Below are positions 32,177 to 49,456 of a stretch of 64,000 nt of DNA, in pieces. A program made the translations under genes and the position numbers. This DNA is from the human T2T-CHM13v2.0 reference genome, Homo sapiens: the NCBI RefSeq assembly GCF_009914755.1, contig NC_060929.1; one strand, 5' to 3'. Each line of letters starts with the position of its first letter. Position 1 is the stretch's first letter. Under the pieces are notes generated by a model that did no database searches, had not been told where the DNA came from, and worked only from the letters and a program-made list of their open reading frames with translations.

Positions 32177-32304
32177 CCATGGATATATGTATGCATTCAA
32201 CTGCTTTACTAGGTATAAGACAATTCAAGTTATCTATTTCTTCTTGAAATTGAATGGATATACACATATCTATCCGTCACTGTCTCTGTCTCAATTTCTC
32301 TTTT

Positions 32305-33152
32305 TTTTTTTTTTAATTTATTTTTTTATTGATAATTCTTGGGTGTTTCTCACAGAGGGGGATTTGGCAGGGTCATGGGACAATAGTGGAGGGAAGGTCA
32401 GCAGATAAACAAGTGAACAAAGGTCTCTGGTTTTCCTAGGCAGAGGACCCTGCGGCCTTCCGCAGTGTTTGTGTCCCTGATTACTTGAGATTAGGGATTG
32501 GTGATGACTCTTAAGGAGCATGCTGCCTTCAAGCATCTGTTTAACAAAGCACATCTTGCACCGCCCTTAATCCATTTAACCCTGAGTGGACACAGCACAT
32601 GTTTCAGAGAGCACAGGGTTGGGGGTAAGGTCACAGATCAACAGGATCCCAAGGCAGAAGAATTTTTCTTAGTGCAGAACAAAATGAAAAGTCTCCCATG
32701 TCTACTTCTTTCTACACAGACACGGCAACCATCCGATTTCTCAATCTTTTCCCCACCTTTCCCGCCTTTCTATTCCACAAAGCCGCCATTGTCATCCTGG
32801 CCCGTTCTCGATGAGCTGTTGGGCACACCTCCCAGACGGGGTGGTGGCCGGGCAGAGGGGCTCCTCACTTCCCAGTAGGGGCGGCCGGGCAGAGGCGCCC
32901 CTCACCTCCCGGACGGGGCGGCTGGCCGGGCGGGGGGCTGACCCCCCCACCTCCCTCCCGGACGGGGCGGCTGGCCGGGCGGGGGGCTGACCCCCCCCAC
33001 CTCCCTCCCGGACGGGGCGGCTGGCCGGGCGGGGGGGCTGACCCCCCCCACCTCCCTCCCGGACGGGGCGGCTGGCCGGGCAGAGGGGCTCCTCACTTCC
33101 CAGTAGGGGCGGCCGGGCAGAGGCGCCCCTCACCTCCCAGACGGGGCGGCTG
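32305..33152 (-). mobile_element. 5'-truncated SVA retrotransposon (VNTR + SINE-R + polyA; young D-F type)
   Basis: PolyT tail, SINE-R sequence (gggtgtttctc...gagcatgctgccttcaagcatctg), GC-rich VNTR ~32830-33150. 15-bp TSD ctcaatttctctttt at 32290-32304 and 33153-33167. No hexamer or Alu-like part. Confidence 0.95.
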
Positions 33153-36100
33153 CTCAATTTCTCTTTTACTGATGTAAAATTCATGTAATATAAAATTAAC
33201 CACTAATCACTTTAAAATATACAATTCAGTGGCATTTCATACATTCACAGTGTTGGGCAGTTGTTACCTCTATCTACTTCTGAAACATTTTCATCATACC
33301 AAAAGGAAACTCGGTACCTTTTAAATTTTGGCAACCAGTAGTCTACTTTCAGTCTGTATGGATTTAGTTTTTCTGGATATTTAATATAAATGGAATCATA
33401 CAGTATTTGACTTTTTGTGTCTGTCTTCTTTCACTATGCATAATGTTTTCGAGGTTCATCCATGTTGTAACAGGTACCAGTACTTCATTCTTTTTTGTGC
33501 CTGAATAATATTCTATTGTATGGATATACCACATTTTGTTTATCCATTCATCAGTTAATGGACATTTAGGTCGTTGCCCCCTTTTGGTATTGTGAATAGT
33601 ACATGTGAATAGCTATAAACATTCATGTACATGTGTTTGTTTGAATACCTGTTTTTGATGTCTTTTCTTTTTTTATTCTTGGTCAGTCTGGCTAAATGTT
33701 TATCAAGTTTATTGAACTTTCTAAACAGCCAGCTTTTGGTTTCACTGATTTTCCTCTATTTTTTTCTGTTTTCCATTTCATTGACTTCTGCTCTTATCTT
33801 TGTTTATTGACCTTGTATCCTGTGATGTTGCTAAACTCATTTATTAGTTTAATAGCTTTTTTCCTTTTGCTTCTTTTGTATTTAATTTGTTTTCTTTTAC
33901 GGGTTTCCTAAGATGGAAGCTTAGATTATTGATTTAGAACCTTTTTCTTTTCTAATATAAGCATTTAACACTACAAATTTCCTTCTAAGCACAGACTTAG
34001 CTGAACTCCACAAATTTTCGTATGTTATATTTTCATTTTCTTTCAGTCCAAAGTATTTTCTAATTTCCCTTGAGACTTCCTCTTTGACTCATGGGTTATT
34101 TAGAAATGTACTATTTTGGGATTTTCCAGAAAACTTTCTGTGATTGATTTTTAATTTAATTCTGATACAAGAGAACATACTTTCTATAATTTCGATTATT
34201 TTTAATGTGTTAAGGCCCAGAAGATAGCCTATCTTGGTGAAAGTTCCATGTGTACTTGCAAAAAATGTGTATTTTGCTGTTACTTGTTGCTATGTTCTAT
34301 AAAATGTCACTTAGATACAATTAGTTATGGTATTGGTCAATTTTTTATATCTTTACTGAATTTCTGTCTATAATTTCTATCTATTACCAACAGAGGAGTA
34401 TTGAAGTCTCCTACCATATCTGTAGTTATGGTATGTCTCCTTCTCTTTTCAGTTCTATCAGCTTTTGCTTTGTGTATTTTGAAGCTCTGTTGTTACGTGC
34501 ATTTACATTTAGGATTGTAATGTCTTCTTGGTAAATTAACTCTTTTACCAACTTGTAATGTCTCCCATGGTAATTTTATTTGTTCTGAAGTCTACTTTGT
34601 TTTATGTCAGTGTAGTCACTCCATATGTCGTTTGATTAGTGTTTGAATGGTACATTTTTCTCCCTATTCTTTTACTTTAATCTATCTGAAGTGAGCTGCT
34701 TATAGATAGCATATATTGTGGTTTTCTTTATCTGTTTGCTTGTTTGTTTAACCAATCTGACAATCTCTGTTTTTATTTGGTATGTTTAGACATTTACATG
34801 TAATGTAACTTTTGATATAGTTGGATTTAGGTCAGTCATTTTATTATTTGTTTTCTGTATGTCCCCTTCATTTTTGGTTTCTCTGTTTCCCCGTTTCTTG
34901 CCTTTATTTGGATTATTTCAATATTCTTTGGTATTTTATTTCAATTTATCTATTGTCACTTCTATCTATTGTCTCTTTGTATGTGTGTGTGTTTGCTCTA
35001 GGGATTGTAATACACTTACCTAACCATTGACAGTCTACTCAGAGTTACTATTTACCACTTTAAATAAAATGCAAATTCGTTAAAACCACATAAGTCTTTT
35101 TATCCTCCCACATTAATGTTACAGTTGTCATTTGAAGTATACTGTCGTTTGTAGAAAATGATGTCTAGGCGTCTGGTGACTTGGGAGTTAATTTACAGTA
35201 CAAAAAATCTCAGGTAATTAAGAGGGCTGTGAGAATGAGGCAATACAAAGATTAGAACAGAGGTTTTATTAGTGGTAATGTTAAGACTGTAGCAAGGAAC
35301 CAGGAATTAAATGTTTTGGATACACAATGTCATTTGCTTCAAATAGCTTCAGTGCACTGCTTGGGAAAGAGGAGTGTGTGGGTGGTGAGTGGATTGCATA
35401 TCTTGTAATCATAGTACTCAGAAAGGCTTAAGATTATCTTGTTACTTCTCTGTATTATTAATGTTGAAACACCCTCTAGAAGAAGAAGGTGAAAGGAGCA
35501 ATTTCCCTGAAATAAGTGATGCTTGGCTTAACTCGCAAGCACAAAAACAGACAATTATTTCCATAAACTCTGTCCTGAGCTACATCTACAAAACCTATAC
35601 CTGTGATGATGGAGGGAGGTTCCAGATTTCAGAGAAAATGAAAGAAATTTGTGCCATAAGCAGATGATCAGGTAATAGGGTAAACTGGGACATCCTTTCT
35701 GAACTGGGACATCCTAAATAAACCCAAAGCATGTACAACACTTAGCAATATACAACAATCTAACCTTGAATAATTACACAATTTTTCAATTCAAATTTTG
35801 ATTTAAACCCCAGGACTAGCTTATTTATTTGACATAGCAGCTAAATTGTTACTTCTCTTGGAGACACCTTTGGCTTCTAGCTGCTCAAAATATATCTCAA
35901 GTTGCCCCTCCTTTGTCCTGAAGGCAGCCCCAGAATCCTCCCAGAAGTAAGCAGCTGTCAGGCCATGCTCTTTTCCCCTAGAATATCCTTTCAAGACTCT
36001 CCTCAAGCCAAAATAATAACCTTTCGACATCTCAGGTCTAGGAAAGTTCTAAAGTAAGCAATCAATACCATGGAAACAATCCTTTGACATCATTCCAGTA

Positions 36101-37849
36101 AATCCATCTTTGGGCTATGCAGCTTGTTTTACTGTAATGGTGTTATTTTGGGATTTATTGGCTTCCAGAACTGAGAAAAAGATATAGGAGCACTTTGAGC
36201 AAACTGCTCAGTTATGGAGAATGGGAAAAAAACCTCAAATATCTACACTATGTGCTGCTCTGTTGTTATTTCTTTCAGTTTTCTTATATTTTGACAAATT
36301 GTTTGATGTGAATTCATATTGTTTCTGTTTTTGTGAATCATAAACAGATCCTTAGACATGAATAAATATCTTTTTGCCAATGTGAATGAAAGAAAGCAGA
36401 AAAATTGCAGCTCATATATGCATCTGTATCATTCAAGACGGAAACCACATCAGTTATTTGAACAGAGAGAATATAATCCTTATCTAGGTATAAAGTTGTT
36501 AACAAAGTAAATGAAAGGGAAAAAAAAAGATGTCACAAAGGTAGCAACTGCAAGAAGCATTTACTACTCCTAGAATTGGGGAACAAAGGAAAGAAGTTAA
36601 AATTATTTGCATTTAGGAACTCAAAGGAGGAAGCAGAATTCTGAAGTGAGGACATCGGGCAGCTTATGCTGGTTCCTCTGAGAGGGTACAATGAATTTGA
36701 TCCTGCAATATAGAGGAAAAACCCCAAACAGAATTAAGCTGCTGCCACAGAAAGGAACTGAAGCTGTTGGAATAAAGAACTGATGCTAGTGTGATGCCCA
36801 CAGGAACAGGAAACATTCAGGAAGCCCACAGGAAGGAGTCTGTTTTTGTTCCTCTAGCATTGCAGCCTCTTGACAAAGTAAAAATGTGTATTTTAGAATT
36901 CTAAACCTAGCATCACATTGCAGACTATTGAAGGATAAGTGTGGATGTGAGAGATGAAAACTTAATAACTGACAGAACATCCCAACAACTTATTATCATT
37001 GCATTTAAATTAAGCAAGATGAAGATAGCAGATAGGCGATTTGGCTGCCTCATGTAGGGCTGCTAGGGCATTACCTTGAAAGAGCCCCCTTAGTCCAGGA
37101 TTTGGTCCTCAGCTCTCTAGGCGCAGAAACTCAAGTTTGTCAGAACATCAAGAACTGACAAAGCTCAGATGGATGGACTCACATGATCCAACTTACATGG
37201 GACCATTGAACAATCCCAAATGCCAAAGTGTTCATTTATAGTGAGAAATACTACTACATAAATGTTTAAACTGGTGTATGCATTCCTTCATTTGTAGGAA
37301 AATGTGATAGTCAGAAGGTGGCTGATGGTCATAAAGTGAGAGTGGGAGAGTTGGTTGTCTGAGCTTCATAGCACAATTGTCTGACATATCTGACTCCATT
37401 AGAGAGATGTACTAGGCAAACTGACCAGATGCTCACATCAGCTAGTAAGCCTCCTCACCATGTGTATAGAGCCAGCAGAGTCCCCCCAAGTCTCAATCTT
37501 TCTCTCCTCTTTTCTTGGCTCCTGGCTGAGACCAGCCTTCTGTCAGCATATCTTTTCATGTAGTTAATATGTGGTTAGTTACAGTTTTATGTGTCCAAGA
37601 CATACAGTCTTGGACAAGTTATTGAATCTTTCTGTTTTCTCTTCTTTAGATTGGGGACAATAATCCCTATTTGATGGGGCTTTATATGGATTAAAAGCAG
37701 TAGTCCATATACGTACTGATAGGAACAGTGCCTAACACACAGAAAGCTCCCAAAACATTCAAGTTCGATTCTTATTTTTACTCCTACTTTGATTATATTA
37801 TTAAAACATTCTGCACTTTTGATAGATTTTTTTTATTTAAAAAGATAGG

Positions 37850-41225
<3,376 letters not shown>

Positions 41226-42057
41226 TAAGTTAAATGGCTGTATATAATTCCATTGAAAGTAGTTATCATTTAATTTAACCAGTAGCATTGTTAGGTAGTA
41301 AGACAGTTTTTAATTGTAATGTTTTGTTTCTGGTATCATGGCAGGATAAGTTCCCATATGGATACTCACACTGAAACAAATTAACCTGCTGATGACATAT
41401 TCAAAAGCATCAAAGAGCTGGCAAGGAAGTAAAGAATATCCAGGTCAAACACTGTGTGAATACAGAAACCCAGAAGATCAAATACAAAGAAACAAACAAA
41501 AATCTTAAAAGCAGCCATGGATAAAAGGTAGCTTACTTTGATAGGAGCAACATATTAAGAGCTATGTTTCCTAATTCAACAGTGGAAGCAAGAAGTCTGT
41601 GGAATAATTTCTCAGTGTGTCAAACCGTATTCATAAGCATTTACTTTAGCAAGCATCTGATGCTGGCAAACTGTTTCAGTGTTTTTATCTGAAAATATCT
41701 TATCTTGCTGTTATTGTGGAAAGGTATTTTCACTGGGTATAGAATTGTATGTTGATAGTGGTTTATTTTCTGGCACATTGATATTTCAATACACACACAC
41801 ACACACCTTTACATGTATTTAGTTTTACCAGAAGGAACATAACCTCAGACAGAAGGTGTGAAATGAAAACAAGTGAGAAATTTCAAAATGGCAATTATGT
41901 GGGTAAATCAAAACGATAGACTATGAAACAACACATATGTCAGTCATTGGAGATAATGTATTCAGTTTCCTACTGAAAAATACAAAAACTTCTTATTTGT
42001 GCAAATTTATAAGGCACATGAGAAATTTTGTTACATGTATATAATGCGTAGTGATAA

Positions 42058-42396
<339 letters not shown>

Positions 42397-42566
42397 CAAT
42401 ACATTTTTGTTAAGTATAGTCATCCTACTCTGCTATCAAACATTGAATTTATTCCTTTAGAGCACATTAATTCCATGTATCCTCCTCATGACTATATGCA
42501 ATTGTTTTAAATGTTTAAATTTTAAAATGGTATACACAACAATACTTTGAAATTAAAATACAAAAA

Positions 42567-42869
42567 GGCCAGGCAAGGTGGCTCATGCCTGTAATCCCAG
42601 CACTTTGGGAGGCCAAGCAGGGAGGATTGCTTGGGCCAGAAGTTTACGACCAGCCTGGGCAACTTGGCAAGGCCCTTTTTCTATCAAATAAAAAAAATTT
42701 AAAAATTAGCCAAGTATAGTGGCACACGCCTGTAGTACTAGCTACTTGGGAAGCTGAAGTGGGAGGACTGCTTGAGCCAAGGAGTTCAAAGCTGCAATGA
42801 GCTATGATTGTGCCACTGTACTCCAGCCTGAGCAACAGAGCCAGACCCTGACTCTTAAAAAAAAAAAAA
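42567..42869 (+). mobile_element. Alu (J-like)
   Basis: Dimer with A tail. Confidence 0.88.
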
Positions 42870-44009
42870 GTGACAACAATTGCATAGAAGTCATAAAGGA
42901 AATAAACGGAGTTAACCTGTTCTAAGAACTTGTATTTTTCAGTAAAAAAAAAAATATTAGTAATAAAGACTGTACATGCATGTCTCTTATATTATTTTCT
43001 ATATTTGATACATTTAAAATATTTAATAATCAAAATAAGTTATAAAAATTAGTGTGAAGTATTCATTAACTTTAGACTCGTAGAAATTGAATGTGTTTAA
43101 TTTTTTTCTTAGTATAAGTTGGAAAATTTTTCATATCAATACATAGAAATCATCCTCATTTTTCAAATTGATAAATCATATTTTACTTATTCATGGGGTA
43201 TATGTGAGTATTATATGCACAGACTGTGTAATAATTAAGTCAGGGTATTTGGGATATCCATCACCTGGGGTATTAATTATTTTTGTGTTTTTGGAACATT
43301 TCAAGTCCTCTCTTACAGCGACTTTGTAATATACAATACATTGTTACTAACTACCATGACCATACTCTGCTATTAAACATTAGAACTTATTTCTTCTAAC
43401 TGTATATTTGTACCCATTAACCAACTTCTCTTCACCCTCTTCTCCCACCCACATACTCTTCCCAGACTCTCGTATTTATCATTCTACTCACTACCTCCAT
43501 GAGATCAACTTTTTTAGCTCTCACATATTAGTGATAACATATGGCATTTGCCTTTTTGTGCCTGGCTTATTTTACTTGACATAATGACCTCCAGTTCCAT
43601 TCATGTTGCTGAAAATGACAGGATTTCATTTTTTTATGACTAAATGATATTCCATTGTGTATCAATGACACATTTTCTTTATTCATTTGTCCACTGATGA
43701 ATACTTAGATTGATTCCACATCTTTGCTATTGTGAATGGTGCTGCAATACACATGCAAGTGCAGACATCCCTTCGGTATACTGATATTTTTCCCTTTGGG
43801 TAAATAGCCAGTAGTGGGATTGCTAGATCATATGGCAGTTCTATTTTTAGTTATTTGAGAAATCTTCATACTGTTTTCCATGGTGGTTATACTAATTTAC
43901 ATTCCCACCAACAGTGTATAAGAGTTCCCTTTTCTCTGCATCCTTACCAGCATCTGTTATTTTTTGTCTGTCAATGTCCTTTGCCTATTTAAAAACAAAA
44001 AACAAAAAA

Positions 44010-44290
44010 ACAGGATCTTGCTGTGTCACCCAGGCTGGAGTGCAGTGGCACAATCTCTGCTCATTCCAACTTCCACCTCCCAGGCTCAAACAATTCTCCT
44101 GCCTCAGCCCCCAAGTAGCTGGACTACAGGAGCACACCACCATGCCCGGCTAATTTTTGCATTTTTTAGTAGAGAAGGGTTTCACTGTGTCACCCAGGCT
44201 CATCTTGAATTCCTGGTCTTAAGGGATCCTCCCACCTTGGCCTCCCAAAGTGCTGGAATTACAGGCATGAGCCACCACACCCAGACTGCC
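44010..44290 (-). mobile_element. Alu (J-like) inside L1
   Basis: Reverse dimer. Confidence 0.85.
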
Positions 44291-45259
44291 CACTTTTTAA
44301 TGAGATTATTTATTCTGGGGGCTTTTTGCTTTGTTTTGTTTTTGTTGTTGAGTTGTTTGATTTCCATTATATGTTCTGGATATTAGTCCGTGGTTGGATG
44401 AATAGTTTGCAAATATTTTCTCCCATCCAACAGGTTGTCTCTTCACTCTGTTGATTGTTGCTGTTGCTGTGCAGAAGCTTTTTAGTTTAATATAGCCCCA
44501 TTTGTCCATATTTGTTTCAGTTGTCTGTGCTTTTGAGGTCTTAGCCACAAAATATTTGCCTAGACCAATGTACTAAAATGTTTCCTTTATGTTTTCTTCT
44601 AGTAGTTTTACAGTTTTGAGTATATGTTTGAGTCTTTAATCCATCTTCAGTTGATCTTTTTATATGGTGAGAAACAGTTTCACTTTCACTCTTCTGCATA
44701 TAGATATCCAATCTTCCCAGCACTATTTACTGAAGAGGGTGTCCTTTCCCCAATATATGTTCTCAGTACCATTATGAATATCAGTTGGCTGTAAATATGT
44801 GAATTTATTTCTGTGTTCTATATTCTGTTTCATTGGTCTGTGTGTCTGTTTTTATACCAATATCATGCTGTTTTGGTTCTTATAAGCTTGTAATATTTTC
44901 TGAAGTCAGGTAGTGTGATTCCTCCAGCTTAGTTCTTTCTTCCTTAGGATTGCTTTGGCTAGTTAGGCTTTTTTTTTTTTCTTTTTTTGGTTCCATATAA
45001 ATTTTAGAATTTTTTAAAAATTTTGTGAAAAATGACATTGGTGTTTTGATATTGATTGTACTGAATCTGTAGATCACTTTGGGAAGCATGGTCATTTTAC
45101 TGATATTAATTCTTCTGAGCCATGAGCGTGGGATGCCTTTCTATTTGTTTCTGTCATCTTCAATTTCTTTCACAAGTGTTTTGTACTTTTCCTAGTAGAG
45201 ATTTGTTACTTCCTTTGTTAAGTGTATTTTTAGGTAATTTATTTTGGTAGCTGTTGTAA

Positions 45260-45572
<313 letters not shown>

Positions 45573-47639
45573 TGGGATTGCTTTCTTGATTTCTTTCTCA
45601 GCTAGTGCATTATTGGCATAGAAAAGACACTGATTTTTGTATGTTGATCTTGTATCCTGCAACTTCATGGAATTAATTATCATATCTATGAGTTTTTTGG
45701 TGATGTCTAAGTTTTTCTAGCTATAAAGTTATATCATCAGCAAGAAGGAATAATTTGACTTCCTCTTTTCCAATTGGTATGCCTTTTTATTTCTTTCTTT
45801 TGCCTGATTGCTCTGGCTAGGACTTTCAGTACTATTTTGAATAAGAGTGATGAAAGTGGGCATCCTTTTGTTTTCCAGTTCCTAGAGGAAAGGCTTTCTG
45901 CTTTTCTTCATTCAGTATCATGTTACTTGCAGATTTGTCATATATGGCCTTTATTATGTTGTGGTATGCTCCTTTTACACCTAGTTTGAGGTGGGTCATT
46001 AGATTGTTTATTTGAAATCTTTTTACTTTCTTTATGTGGGTGCTTATTGCTATAAACTTCCCTCTTAGCACTGCTTTTGCTATATCTCCTTTCAAGAAAT
46101 TTTTTAATTTCTTACTTAATTTCTTCCTTAACCCAGTGGTCTTTCAGGAACATGATTAATTTCCATGTATTTGTAGTTTCCAAAGTTCCTCTTGTTACTG
46201 ATTTCTATTTTTATTCCATTGATGTCTGAATAAATACTTAATATAATTTTGATATTTTTAACTTTGTAGAGATTTATTTTATGTCCTAACATACAGTCTG
46301 TCCTGGAAAATGTTCTACATGCCAATGAGAAGAATGTGTATTCCATAACTGTTGGGTGAAATGTTCTGCAAATGTCTGTTAGGTCTATTTAGTCTAAAGT
46401 ACAGTTTAAATCTAATGTTTCTTTGTTAATTTTCTGTCTAGATTCTGTTTAATGCTGACAGCGGGTGTCAAAGTCCCCAACTATTAGTGTATTAGAGTCT
46501 ATCTCTCCCTTTAAAACAAAAAATATTTGCTTTATGTATCTGGGTGCTCCAGGATTGGGTACATATATGTTTCGAATTGTTACATCCTCTTGCTAATTGA
46601 TTCTTTCTCATTATATAGTGACCTTTTTTATTGTTATTTTTTGTTACTGTTTTTGACTTAAAGTCTGTTTAATCTGATTTAAGTATAGCTACTCCTGCTT
46701 GCTTTTGGTTTTCATTTGCATGGAATATCTGTTTCCATCCCTTTACTCTCAGTCTATGTGTGTCTTTACAAGTGAGATGAATTTCTTGTAGGCAGCATAA
46801 ACTTGGGTCATATTTTTAAAAAATCCATTCAGCCAGTCTATATCTTTTAAGTGGAAAGCTTAATCCATTTACATTCAAAGTTATTATTGATATATGAGGA
46901 TTTATCCCTGCAATTTTATTCAATGAAATGTGAATTGTATCTCAATAAAACTGTTATTAGAAGCACAATAAGATACCATTCTGTACCCTAGATTAGCAAA
47001 AATGAAAATGTTTGACAATTTCACTTACTGATGAGGATATGGTACAAATGAAACTCTCATAGACTGAAATGTAAATTAGCAAAATCACTTTGGAAAACAG
47101 TTTATGTTTGTATTGTCTAGAAAAGTTGAACATATGCTAAGCTAGTAGTTCTACTTCTATAGTTCTACTTCTATGATTATACCCAGGAGAAATTCTTGCA
47201 TATGTGTAGCAGTAAATGTGAATAAGTATGCTTTAGAAGCATTGCTCATAATAGCAAAAAAAGATAACCAAATATTCATCAAAGTAGAATGCATGAGTAT
47301 CATACAGCAGTAGAAATGAATGAACTGAAACTACACACATTGACATGAAGAATCTCAAAGACAATGTAGAGCAAAAGAAGCAAATTACACACAATCACAG
47401 ACAGCATGTTTGCATTTATATTAACTTCAAAAGCAGACAAAACTAAACATTATATCTTGGAGAGATATATTCAAACATGGTAAAACTTCAAAAGAATGGC
47501 AAAGAAAAGATTGCTCAAACATTAGCCCAATTGTTAGTCCTGGCAGGGAAGAGAGGCACAATATTGGGAAAGAACATATGGAGAGCAATGTTTTACTTGT
47601 TATCTTGGATGGTGGCTACATAATCACTTACTTTGTTAC

Positions 47640-48200
47640 TGAGAGGTGAAGCCAGCTGGACTTCCTGGGTCAAGTGGGGACTTGGAGAACTTTTGCGTCT
47701 AGCTGAAGGGTTGTAAATGCACCAATCAGCACTCTGCAGAAACGCACCAATCAGTGCTCTGTGTCTAGCTAAAGAATTGTAAATGCACCAATCAGTGCTC
47801 TGTAAAAATGCACCAATCAACACTCTGTGTCTGACTAAAGGATTGTAAATGCACCAATCAGTGCTCTGTAAAAATGCACCAATCAGTGCTCTGTGTCTAG
47901 CTAAAGGATTATAAACGCACCAATCAGCACTCTGCCAAATGGACCAATCAGCAGGAAGTGGGCGGGGACAAATAAGGGAATAAAAGCTGGCCACCCCAGC
48001 CAGCAGCAGCAACCCACTCGGGTCCCCTTCCACGCTGTGGGAGCTTTGTTTTTTCACTCTTCACAACAAATCTTGCTGCTGCTCACTCTTTGGGTCCGTG
48101 CCACCATTAAGAGCTGTAACACTCACCGTGAAGGTCCGCGGCTTCATTTTTGAATTCAGTGAGACCAAGATCCCGCCAGAAGGAACAAACTCTGGACACA
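47640..48200 (+). promoter_or_regulatory. LTR12 5' LTR promoter/enhancer with tandem CCAAT repeats
   Basis: Eight CCAAT boxes in tandem (g)caccaatcag repeats at 47720-47950, CAGGAAGT (ETS) 47952-47959, GGGCGGGG 47960-47967, AATAAAA TATA-like 47979-47985. Confidence 0.85.
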
Positions 48201-48203
48201 TCT

Positions 48204-48221
48204 TGGCGACCACGAAGGGAC
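48204..48221 (+). other. Retroviral primer binding site (tRNA-Arg type)
   Basis: TGGCGACCACGAAGGGAC 3 nt after the LTR end. HERV9 is known to be tRNA-Arg primed; the match to tRNA-Arg(TCG) is from memory. Confidence 0.85.
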
Positions 48222-49456
48222 TATTGCCAAGCAGTGAGTACCATTGGACCTCTTTCACTTGCTATTCTGTCCTATTTTTCCTTAGAATTCGGGGGCTCAA
48301 CACCGGGCACCTATCAACCAGTTAAAAGCCACTAGCATGGCCGCCGGACTAAAGAAATGGGTGTCAGCCTTTCTGGGAAGGGCTCTCTAACAACCCCGGA
48401 CTCTTCAGAGTTGGGAGTGTTGATTTTCCTGGAACCAGATTCCGCTTTTCCTGTACTTCTGGGCTGAACCAAGGGTCGACAGAGAAGAAAGCCATTCAGC
48501 TCCGGGGTCCCGACAAAAAGTTGGTTGTTGCTTGACCCTGTAGTCATGAGCAGAACTCTCAAAGTCACGTCACCCAACCGAGACTCATCCATCTATCCTA
48601 TCTATCCTGACCCTTGCCTCCTGGGTCTTAATGCCTGTCAGACAAACTTCCTCCCAACTCTCTTCTCTGAGGCTAGTCCCACTTCTAAAAACAACTCCCA
48701 GTTTCTGGTGCTTTACTAGTTTCTCCTATAAGAATGATTTCTAGTATAAACTTCAGCACTCTGTTCCCTTCTTTAGGAACCTGGGCTCACCAATCAGAAA
48801 GACATAATTTTTGCCCAAAGCCCCATCAGGAGCCAGTGGGGGACTATCTGGAACTTTAGGATCCCTCCTCAGACTAACAGGCCTAACAAAAGCTATTCCT
48901 GAAGCTAGGATATGGAGAGCCTCAGAAATGATATCCTTCCTATTCATATGATGAGAAATGAGGACAAAAGACACTCTTCCAACCCTGGAGATCCCTTCCC
49001 TCCCTCAGGGTATGGCCCTCCACTTCATTTTTGGGGCATAACATCTTTATAGGACAGGGGTAAGGTCCCAGTACTAACAGGAGAACACTAAGGACTCTAA
49101 CAGGTTTTTGAGAGTGCGTCAGTAAGGGCCACTAAATCCGATCTTCCTCAGTCCTTTTTGTGGTCTAAAGGAAAATTAGGGTTTCTGCTGCTGTGTTGGT
49201 GAGCGCAACTATTCTGATGAGTGGGTTCAGAGACCGTTGTGGATTCTTGGGCAAGAGGGGTTTCTGCTGCTGCGTTGGTGAGTGCAACTATTCCGATGAG
49301 CAGGGTCCAGGGACTGCTGCAGGTTCTTGGGCAAAAGGGGTTTCTGCTGCTGCATCGGTGAGTGCAACTTTTCCAATCAGCAGGATCCAGGGACCGTTGT
49401 GGGTTCTTGGGCAAGAGGGGTAAACAAACCAAAACCATGGGCGGGTTTTCTTTCAG

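Larger units (their letters stand above)
30086..35130 (-). mobile_element. Old L1M fragments (interrupted by Alu, microsatellites, SVA)
   Basis: T-rich antisense ORF2-like sequence (gggattttgattaggattgc...gtcatctgcaaatagagac); boundaries approximate. Confidence 0.7.

Noticed and set aside
32318-33184. ORFs of 126-130 aa over the SVA
   Set aside because: Translations of SINE-R/VNTR repeat sequence.
37592-37616. Perfect 10-bp inverted repeat tgtccaagac/gtcttggaca
   Set aside because: Short, at the edge of a MIR-like fragment, with no supporting context.
47700-47950. Regularly spaced direct repeats resembling a CRISPR array
   Set aside because: Eukaryotic LTR12 U3 tandem repeats; no unique spacers and no cas genes.
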